Part shown: piece by piece, positions 1 through 6,749 of the stretch
How positions within the stretch are numbered: position 1 is the stretch's first letter
How the letters are laid out: the number at the start of each line of letters is the position of its first letter
The notes under the pieces: generated by a model
The model's input: only the letters and a program-made list of their open reading frames with translations
Told to the model about the DNA's origin: nothing
Databases searched by the model: none
NCBI GenBank assembly: GCA_044352465.1
Contig: JBILDU010000098.1
Location: forward strand, 1-10,805
Reading direction: 5' to 3'
From: Bdellovibrionota bacterium
Lineage (GTDB): Bacteria > Bdellovibrionota_C > UBA2361
DNA: 10,805 bases
Translations under genes and position numbers: made by a program

Positions 1-33
1 AAGATGCGTGAGCAGGTGCAGAATTTAGAGTAG
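1..33 (+). CDS. yicC: 3' end (partial) of YicC/YloC family protein (endoribonuclease family)
   Basis: Frame 1 reads KMREQVQNLE*, matching the conserved YicC/DUF1732 C-terminus (REQxQNxE-stop). It lies directly upstream of gmk, and yicC-gmk is a well-known conserved gene order. Only 10 codons are visible. Confidence 0.8.
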   Translation, partial: KMREQVQNLE

Positions 34-42
34 GGGGAGTCG

Positions 43-708
43 GTGCGGCGTCAAGGAATGTTGTTGTGTCTCGTTGGGCCGGCCGGAGGGGGGAAAACAA
101 CCTTGCGGGCACGGCTCCTCGCGGATTTTCCGACTGAAGTGACTCCCTCAATTTCGGTGACAAGTCGCCCCCCCCGCATCGGTGAGGTGCATGGGAGGAA
201 CTATTTTTTTGTGTCCCGTGAGGAGTTTCTTGCAAAAAGAGCGCGCGGTGATTTCTATGAATCCGAGGAGGTACATGGAAATCTGTACGGGACCCTCCGC
301 GCAACGCTCGATGAGGCGATAGCTCGGGGTGTGGATCTCTTGCTCGATATCGATATCCGGGGAGCGCTCCGATTTAAACGGGAGTACCCCAACCACACCG
401 TTGTGGTCTTTATGGTGCCGCCAAACACCCGGGCCTTAATCGATCGACTTCGTTCGCGCGCGCCGGTGGATGACGCTGAGTTGCAGGTAAGGTTGCAAAC
501 AGCGTCGGCTGAGTATGGAGCCTTACTGTCGGGGATGGCGGATCGTCACCAGGTAGATTACTTCTTGGTAAACGATGAGATCGAAGTTACCTACGCCACC
601 TTGAGGGCGATACGACTCGCTGAGGCGGCTCGATTGGTGCGACTCGATCGCTCGATGGTAGAGCAGCTCTGCGTCATCGATCGTTCGGAGGTCGGGACGT
701 CCGGGTGA
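43..708 (+). CDS. gmk: Guanylate kinase
   Basis: P-loop GPAGGGKTT, guanylate kinase signature SISVTSRPPRIGEVHGRNYFFVS, GNLYGT and LLDIDIRGA motifs, 221 aa. GTG start with SD-like AGGGGG at 32-37. Confidence 0.96.
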   Translation: MRRQGMLLCLVGPAGGGKTTLRARLLADFPTEVTPSISVTSRPPRIGEVHGRNYFFVSREEFLAKRARGDFYESEEVHGNLYGTLRATLDEAIARGVDLLLDIDIRGALRFKREYPNHTVVVFMVPPNTRALIDRLRSRAPVDDAELQVRLQTASAEYGALLSGMADRHQVDYFLVNDEIEVTYATLRAIRLAEAARLVRLDRSMVEQLCVIDRSEVGTSG

Positions 709-895
709 GCTCGAACCGGTGTTCGGCGTTACTCTTCGAGGTGGTTTGAGAAACTACTGCGAACGTTTCTCCGCTGCGTATCGCGTCAAACGTGTTCGCG
801 GGCAGCTTCGTGGGACTACGGTGAGGATAGACCTTCTCGAGCTTTGTCGTGGGGGAGCGCTTCGCCGAATGAATAGTATCTTTAAGGGGGAGTGC

Positions 896-1372
896 ATGCA
901 GATGACACGTAGCGAAATGAGGGTGTTCCAGCTCGCGTTCTTGATAGCTGTTTCGGGGTTGATAGGATGCTCGTTTTCTCAAGCTCCGTCGGCGACGAAG
1001 ATCTCCGATGTTCGTGCGGTTGCCCCGACTAATCGGGAGACAGTTCAACGGACCGTTGCTCGGCGTGATTTTCAAGCGGCCGTCGATCGCAGTGTGGCAG
1101 GAGATCGGCTGAGACTCGTCCCCGTCTTTCGACGCGAGACCGCTGGCGGTGGGATCCCCGAATACCGTCTCTTCGATGTCGGCAGCGGCACCCCGTACGC
1201 ACTCCTTGGATTACAGACGGCTGATATTCTAATTGCGGCGAATGATTACCTTGTTTACGAGCCGGAGGGGTTTCGCAAATACGTCAAACTCCTCGGTGCC
1301 GAATCGACGGTATCGCTCGAGGTCGTGCGTTCAGGCAAGGCAACGCTATTGGTTACCACCTTGACCGATTAG
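896..1372 (+). CDS. Predicted lipoprotein with C-terminal GspC (T2SS protein C)-like PDZ domain, ~158 aa
   Basis: Start moved from 719 to ATG 896 (SD-like AAGGGGG at 884-890; ATG 902 and 918 area are alternatives). Signal peptide MRVFQLAFLIAVSGLIG|C has a lipobox Cys. The C-terminal RLVPVF..YRLFDVGSGTPYALLGLQTADILIAAND..VSLEVVRSGK pattern resembles GspC-type PDZ domains (recognised by eye). Confidence 0.7.
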   Translation: MQMTRSEMRVFQLAFLIAVSGLIGCSFSQAPSATKISDVRAVAPTNRETVQRTVARRDFQAAVDRSVAGDRLRLVPVFRRETAGGGIPEYRLFDVGSGTPYALLGLQTADILIAANDYLVYEPEGFRKYVKLLGAESTVSLEVVRSGKATLLVTTLTD

Positions 1373-1534
1373 GCGGAACCCGCGACGTGTTCCCGTTTGG
1401 CTATTGATTCTAGTGGGTTAAGGTGTGCGCGGTGGGGGGCGTTGAAAATGCTTCACGCTCTGCCGGGAGATGCCGATGAGATTCCTTTGGGGGAAGGCTG
1501 AGGCTGCCTGCCTCGAGGGATAGAGACGCACGAC

Positions 1535-2602
1535 GTGGATTTCGGGAACAGCTCTGCTGCGAAGAACATCTTGGCTCATCCTGAGCTCGCCGATCGGTTC
1601 GAGATCGTCGAGGTATTGGGATTTGGCTCGGAGGCATTTGTCTATCTGGCGCGCGATCGCGCTTGTGGGGGGCGTGAGGTAGCGCTGAAGCTCCTGGTGG
1701 ATGACAAGGTCTTTGCGGCCGAGACAACGCAGCGCTTTCTTGATGAAGCCTCGTTGAGTGCGGAGATTCAACACCCCAACATCGTTAAATCTTACGACAT
1801 TATCCAACTCGACGGCACCGTTGCAATTACGATGGAATTCGTCGACGGAGAGGATCTTGCCGAACGGTTGAAGCGGGGGGCGATTCCGAACGAGCAGGTC
1901 GAGCATATCTTTGTACAGCTCTGTTCCGCGTTAGAGGCGTTGCATGCCCACGGCATTTGTCACCGCGATCTCAAACTTGAGAACATCTTTTTGCGGGCCG
2001 ACGGTGTGGTGAAACTTGGCGATTTCGGATTGATGTTACGCCCTCAATCGGGTGAACCTCGATCAAATTGCCTTCTTGGGACACCACCGTACATGCCACC
2101 TGAGTACGTCGAGGGGGGCGCCTATGATTATCGGGGTGATCTTTGGGCCGCGGGGTTGGTGCTCTACGAAATCGCGACCGGTCGGCGTCGGCTGGCGGGT
2201 AAGCATGGAAGCGCCGCGCTCGATTATTTGGTGAAAACTGATTACCGAATTCCCGCGCTCACACTGGCGGGGCTACCCAAGAAATTCGTGCGGATTATCG
2301 AGCGAGCGCTGGAAATCGAGCCGCTCAAGCGATTCCAGTCGGCGCAGGAGATGCGTGCTGCCATGCTCGACGAGGGCGAAGGCGATCCACGGGAGCCGAT
2401 CGTGCGAGTGGAACCGCGTCTGCAGCTCAATAGCTATCTGACGAATAAAGTGGTCGCGCGCTCATGGAGCCGCTTTGTTTCGCTCCGTGGGGTGGCGCTG
2501 ATCCTGGGTGCTTTCTTCGTTTCAATCCTCGCGCTGGTCTGGATCTTTGGTGCTGAAGCGTGGGTTTTAGGCCGGCAGTTTCTTGGATACCTCGGATTGT
2601 AG
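1535..2602 (+). CDS. Hanks-type serine/threonine protein kinase with C-terminal transmembrane helix
   Basis: LGFGSEAFVYLA Gly-loop, VALK, RFLDEA (helix C Glu), HRDLKLEN catalytic loop, DFG, GTPPYMPPE, DLWAAG, and a hydrophobic C-terminal segment GVALILGAFFVSILALVWIFGA. An in-frame TGA at 1499-1501 limits the start to GTG 1535 or later. Confidence 0.95.
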   Translation: MDFGNSSAAKNILAHPELADRFEIVEVLGFGSEAFVYLARDRACGGREVALKLLVDDKVFAAETTQRFLDEASLSAEIQHPNIVKSYDIIQLDGTVAITMEFVDGEDLAERLKRGAIPNEQVEHIFVQLCSALEALHAHGICHRDLKLENIFLRADGVVKLGDFGLMLRPQSGEPRSNCLLGTPPYMPPEYVEGGAYDYRGDLWAAGLVLYEIATGRRRLAGKHGSAALDYLVKTDYRIPALTLAGLPKKFVRIIERALEIEPLKRFQSAQEMRAAMLDEGEGDPREPIVRVEPRLQLNSYLTNKVVARSWSRFVSLRGVALILGAFFVSILALVWIFGAEAWVLGRQFLGYLGL

Positions 2603-2655
2603 AGCGAACCTACCTCGCACCACCTGGGAATAGCAGAGTCCTCTGGCAACGACAC

Positions 2656-3138
2656 CTACGAGTTTTTCGCCAGAGATATCGAAGCCCCCCGTCCGCTTTT
2701 CGGCCCGGGCACGAGAGCTCCCTGTGCCTCCGCATCAAGTTTCATCAACATGGCGAGGGACCGCGCCGCGAGCATAGTGTCGATCTGTTCCCGTAGTTCG
2801 TACCAGATCCGACCGAGTCCGCAGCTCTCTCCGCTACACTCTTCGTGGATCGGTTTCTCTTCGCAGATGACCTCAAAGGTGGCTCCCTCAGCAGCGTAGA
2901 GAATGTCCTTCAAAGAGATCTTCTCAGGTTCGCGGGTGAGTCGATACCCACCGTGAGGTCCTCGGATACTGCGGATAATCTTCCCTTTGCGAAGTCGTTG
3001 TAAGATCTGTTGGGTGTATTGGATCGGAATCACCTGCGCGCGAGCTATGTCTGCCGCACCTACCGCAGGATCGTCATACCGACGGGCAAGGTAGAGACTA
3101 CACAAGATGCCGTACTCACCCCACTTTGTTATCCGCAT
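2656..3138 (-). CDS. Rrf2-family transcriptional regulator (IscR/CymR/NsrR-like), likely Fe-S binding
   Basis: MRITKWGEYG N-terminus, wHTH with IARAQVIPIQYTQQILQRL, wing SIRGPHGGYRL, ISLKDIL..AEG, and three Cys (C-x8-C-x4-C) followed by W. Confidence 0.93.
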   Translation of the reverse strand: MRITKWGEYGILCSLYLARRYDDPAVGAADIARAQVIPIQYTQQILQRLRKGKIIRSIRGPHGGYRLTREPEKISLKDILYAAEGATFEVICEEKPIHEECSGESCGLGRIWYELREQIDTMLAARSLAMLMKLDAEAQGALVPGPKSGRGASISLAKNS

Positions 3139-3168
3139 ACGTTGCTCGGACCTGTTTGCCGTCCAAAA

Positions 3169-3189
3169 ATACTCGATAAAAGTCAGTAT
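3169..3189. promoter_or_regulatory. Imperfect palindrome, candidate Rrf2 autoregulatory operator
   Basis: ATACTCGATAAAAGTCAGTAT has ATACT/AGTAT ends and an AT-rich centre. It resembles, but is shorter than, IscR type-1 sites and overlaps the candidate -10. Confidence 0.45.
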
Positions 3190-3214
3190 CGCAGAGGAGC
3201 CCGGTCACCGTAAA
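3185..3214 (-). promoter_or_regulatory. Candidate sigma70-type promoter for the Rrf2 gene
   Basis: On the minus strand: TTTACG (-35, 3214-3209), an 18-nt spacer ending in TGc (extended -10), then GATACT (-10, 3190-3185), about 47 nt upstream of the ATG. Confidence 0.45.
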
Positions 3215-3381
3215 GAACTAACCCCGCGACGCCCCGGAGAGCCCATTTTGCTGCCTTTCCGGAGCTTGGAGCTGGTGTGCTGGAGGCAAGGGGTCGGCCG
3301 TGAGCCGGTAGCGTCAGCTCCGTCGAATGCTTCGTCCACCGCTACGCTGGAACGGGCATAAAAAAACGATTGAAAGGGGGA

Positions 3382-3786
3382 CTAGAGAATATGCTGCGAG
3401 ACGATGTAGCACCACGGAATGACCGCGCAGACGAGGTAGATCGCGATAACCCCTTTCAGAGCCGCTGGCAGCCAGCCCACCTGGGTACAGAGGGAGCAGA
3501 GGAGCGCGATGATTCCGAGTGCGAGGGTTTTCGTTAAGACCAGCGTCGGCACGAAGCCGTAGTTCTCCATGAGGGAACGCAGGAACACGTTCCCCTCGAT
3601 CTCAGTGCCGAAGTGGTAAACCCCGATCCCGGTTAGGTAACCGTCCAAGACCTGCAAGATAGCGAGAATTAATCCAAGGATCACGACTTCGCGGGAGCGG
3701 GGGGCAACCAACGTATCGGAGTTCGCAGGTGCGACCGGGTGCCGATCCGGGGTGCGAGAAATTTGTAGAACCACCTGCGATGACAT
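3382..3786 (-). CDS. DUF5658-like small integral membrane protein
   Basis: Hydrophobic helices with the pattern ILQVLDGYLT...G.EIEGNVFLR (D-x3-T...E-x-N) followed by K in the next helix, typical of DUF5658. 134 aa. Family assigned by eye. Confidence 0.7.
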   Translation of the reverse strand: MSSQVVLQISRTPDRHPVAPANSDTLVAPRSREVVILGLILAILQVLDGYLTGIGVYHFGTEIEGNVFLRSLMENYGFVPTLVLTKTLALGIIALLCSLCTQVGWLPAALKGVIAIYLVCAVIPWCYIVSQHIL

Positions 3787-4090
3787 ACAGCCTTTACCGC
3801 CCTTTATTCACCCACTAATCCGGGTGAGAAGGGAGACTGCTTCAGTCGAAAAAAGGGTCAGTCTGGGGCGGAGATATCCCCATGAAATCAGGGCATTCCC
3901 TAACCGAAGGGGGGCCGAGGGGGCTGTGCCGCTTCTCGGTCGGTTGACGTTGGGGACGCATAGGCCCGCGGGAGGGCTTGCTTTAAAATGGAGGGCTCAG
4001 CTCAAGCTCTGCGGGCAATATGAAGCGGAGCGACTGGCGTCAGATCGGGGAACCAACCCCAGCTTTAGACCCAGCGAAAACAGTTCTTAG

Positions 4091-4303
4091 TTAATGCAAC
4101 TTGTCGGCGCTGTCAGCGAGTTCGAGCTCACGCACGAGTGCATAAACCCGCTCCCGCAGCTCGTCAGCGAGGACGCAGATGAGGGTTCCGGTTTGAGATA
4201 TCGCGTTGTCGGTATGCACGGTTTCCTTGGCGATCCACTCGGCGGACTGTTCGAGGTGATCGAGTCGGCTTGAGATATCGAGGAGTTTATCGAGGATTTC
4301 CAT
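4091..4303 (-). CDS. Small hypothetical alpha-helical protein (70 aa)
   Basis: ATG start with GGTGA just upstream. Natural-looking acidic, amphipathic helical sequence with heptad-like Leu/Ile spacing, co-oriented with its neighbours. Confidence 0.75.
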   Translation of the reverse strand: MEILDKLLDISSRLDHLEQSAEWIAKETVHTDNAISQTGTLICVLADELRERVYALVRELELADSADKLH

Positions 4304-4563
4304 ACGTTCACCGTCTTAACCGTGATTCGTGTAAAACCGCGCTGAAACGCATCGGGCGATATCAGCGCTGACAGGGGAGGCTCCGCGCCGCCTCTTAGTA
4401 AGTTTGGATGTCAACGAGGGGAACGCGGTCGCCGTAGTTTGGCGTAGCGGCTGGTGGAGCCACATGAAATTCATCACAGCGCCGGATAAGTTACCGGCAA
4501 TGGCGGGGATTTAGGGCGTGGCGCGCAGTAAAAACACGTTTGGGAAGTTCGGGCTAGGGGTGG

Positions 4564-4588
4564 GCGGGGCAGGGCGAAGCCCTCCCGC
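4564..4588 (-). terminator. GC-rich stem-loop downstream of the large lipoprotein gene (possible terminator or 3' stabiliser)
   Basis: GCGGG(GC)AGGGC-GAA-GCCCT-CCCGC gives 10 bp with a 2-nt bulge, about 33 nt after the stop codon. No adjacent U-tract. Confidence 0.35.
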
Positions 4589-4621
4589 GCTCACGTTTCC
4601 TACACTGCGGTAATTCGAACC

Positions 4622-6298
4622 TTACTTACTCGCTTCGGCGATGTACGTCGTGTGAACTTTAAAGGCATCCTCGCCGAAGCTAACCGCGGCGCCGATCTCG
4701 CCTAAGGTGCGGAGTGCCTCCAAATCCTCCGGAGCCACCATACTCTTTCCCCCGGTGAACATTGCGAGGCTTGCCTGTACCGATTCGATCAGACTGACGA
4801 GCCGGTTGCCGCTCAGATAGAAAAGCGCCAGCGGTCGCGAATCCCCTTTAAACCGATCGCTGCGTACGAATCGCTCGACTTCTGGAGCTGTGCGACCCTC
4901 GCGGAGATCGGCGAACGCCCCATCCGCGCTTGAGATGACGAGATTTCCATTAACCGTTCCCATGAAGAGCCCAACACCGATCGGGCTAACCATAAAGTCG
5001 ACCTTGGCCCCAGCGACCTCTCTCGTCTGCCATCCGGAGACCGGGAGGCCGCCACTCGCCACAAGACCCCCGAGGAGTCCCTTGAGTGTCCCCTGGAGCG
5101 CCGCTGGTTCGCTTGTTTCCGCCATCACGGTGATCTCGGGGAAGGGGGAGGCACCCGACGCGTTGCGCACGATAAGGGTAATTCCTTTAACTCCCTCGAG
5201 TGGCGCACTCGCAGTTGCGATCTGGCGCTGCTCCTCCGGTGACATCGCGGAGAGGGCACCACTCTTCGCCGCCCGGAGAACCGCACCATCCACGCGTAAC
5301 ACCCCGACAGCGTTTACGGGGGCGTTTTTCATCCCACTGTGCTCCCCCGCGCTGGCGAGCGCACTCAGGGCATCCTGGGGGATACCCCCGGGCTTTGTCC
5401 CGAGCCACACATAGTCATGCAGGCCCTCGCTCATCGAGCGACAAAAGGCGACGGTCTCGAAGGGGAGCGACTCCTCTGCTTTGCCGGGGGGCGTTGAGGT
5501 ATCTGACGGCGTTAGATCGCGCACGAGGCCTTCGAGCGCACTAACGTCGAGGAATCCAAACACGAACTGTCCCGCCACTTGCGCTGACCGCGCCTCGGCA
5601 CGTTGGAACGAGGCCCGGTTTTTGAGTGCTCTGATACCACGGTCACTCTCCGCAATGCTCTCCAGCGGCTTGAGTAGTCGCTCAGCCAGGGCGCGGCTCG
5701 AGACCATGCCGTACCTGTCAGGGAGCGCAACGATGTGTAGGTTGGAAGAATCAGCACCCTCGAGATTCATGGCAACGGTGAGAGCCTCCACCTCGCCGAT
5801 CTTCTCCCGCTTTGGGGTTGCTCCCGATTCCTTAAGCGCGCTCTCCATGGTTGAGAGAAAAGCTGCTGGATCGATCGGGGAGGCCGTTTTCGCCCAAAAT
5901 CCAACGTGAGAGCCGGGAACGGAGCCATCTCCTGAGACAAAAAGCACCCCCTCGAATCCCTCCTTATCGCTGCCGCTAAGGAAGAAGGGAGACTTCTTCG
6001 CCACGTTTAAGAGGGCAGCTATCCCGGGAATTTCGCCTTCTATCGAGCTCAGCTTTTCTAGATACTTATCCGCCGGCTGATACCACGGAGAGCGCTTATA
6101 GGCGCTGTAGGCCTTCGATGTTGTGTCGGAGAAGATAAACCCCAGAGTTGTCACTGGAAGGCGCTCGAGGAGCTCACTCGCAGGAGCGGTCGGGGAGATC
6201 CCCCCTGCGGTTGCCGAGTCATCTTTCCTTGAGCACCCTCCGAGGGCGAGCACGATAGCGACGGTACACAGGAGGAAAATACGCAGAGTTCGGGACAT
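4622..6298 (-). CDS. Large hypothetical lipoprotein (~558 aa), possibly DUF3352-like
   Basis: Start moved from 6541 to ATG 6298, which has an AGGAG SD 5 nt upstream. Signal peptide MSRTLRIFLLCTVAIVLALGG|C has a lipobox, followed by a Ser/Thr/Ala/Pro linker and LLERLP..TLGFI. The two-repeat alpha/beta pattern is reminiscent of DUF3352 proteins; that family call is tentative. Confidence 0.8.
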   Translation of the reverse strand: MSRTLRIFLLCTVAIVLALGGCSRKDDSATAGGISPTAPASELLERLPVTTLGFIFSDTTSKAYSAYKRSPWYQPADKYLEKLSSIEGEIPGIAALLNVAKKSPFFLSGSDKEGFEGVLFVSGDGSVPGSHVGFWAKTASPIDPAAFLSTMESALKESGATPKREKIGEVEALTVAMNLEGADSSNLHIVALPDRYGMVSSRALAERLLKPLESIAESDRGIRALKNRASFQRAEARSAQVAGQFVFGFLDVSALEGLVRDLTPSDTSTPPGKAEESLPFETVAFCRSMSEGLHDYVWLGTKPGGIPQDALSALASAGEHSGMKNAPVNAVGVLRVDGAVLRAAKSGALSAMSPEEQRQIATASAPLEGVKGITLIVRNASGASPFPEITVMAETSEPAALQGTLKGLLGGLVASGGLPVSGWQTREVAGAKVDFMVSPIGVGLFMGTVNGNLVISSADGAFADLREGRTAPEVERFVRSDRFKGDSRPLALFYLSGNRLVSLIESVQASLAMFTGGKSMVAPEDLEALRTLGEIGAAVSFGEDAFKVHTTYIAEASK

Positions 6299-6749
6299 CG
6301 GAGCTCCTAAGGGGGAGTAAAAAGTGATGCGGCGACGATACGAGACGAGTTGCCCTGAAGTCAAACCGAATGCAGGATCAACGCCATCCCGGATAACGGA
6401 GAGATCCCGAGCTGCGGCTGTCTGCTTCGACCTACCAGTTTTTATCGGTGGCCTCTTGGCAATCAGATTACTGAGCCTCCAGGAATGCACCTCCTTCAAA
6501 TGGAGGGACGAACTCTTCGCCAAAAGAACAGAGGGCCACACCTCATACCGTTATCATTCACCCTGGGGGGCACCGTCGCTGAGGCGCTGGTTTTGAGTGA
6601 AACTACGTTTTGTGCTACCGTTTCGGTCCGTTCTTTATCGCTTCGACGCTTTGGGTAGTCATCGCTGACGTGGCTTCGATAGCCTCTCTTTTGGGGAGCG
6701 CCGTCGAGGTCGCGGTCTCTGTAATACACGGTTCTCACCTGCAGTCGTA

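Noticed and set aside
719..895. N-terminal 59-codon extension of the 719..1372 ORF
   Set aside because: The SD and lipoprotein signal peptide point to a start at about 896, and the extension does not look protein-like.
4030..4065. ZTP (pfl) riboswitch-like GCGACTGGCG
   Set aside because: The remaining consensus elements are missing and no + strand gene lies downstream.
4385..4414. sigma70 promoter based on perfect TTGACA (minus strand)
   Set aside because: No -10-like hexamer at 16-18 nt spacing (GC-rich there), so it is not called as a promoter.
6309..6350. yybP-ykoY (Mn2+) riboswitch-like words GGGGAGTA...CGAGAC
   Set aside because: Spacing is too short, the supporting helices are absent, and there is no transporter gene downstream.
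6448..6539. Match to HDV-like or hammerhead ribozyme, c-di-GMP or glycine riboswitch, SRP RNA, or retron msr-msd
   Set aside because: I could not place the core conserved motifs of these families, and no reverse transcriptase is in the window.
6299..6541. N-terminal 81-codon extension of the 639-aa ORF
   Set aside because: The AGGAG SD and the signal peptide/lipobox start at ATG 6298.
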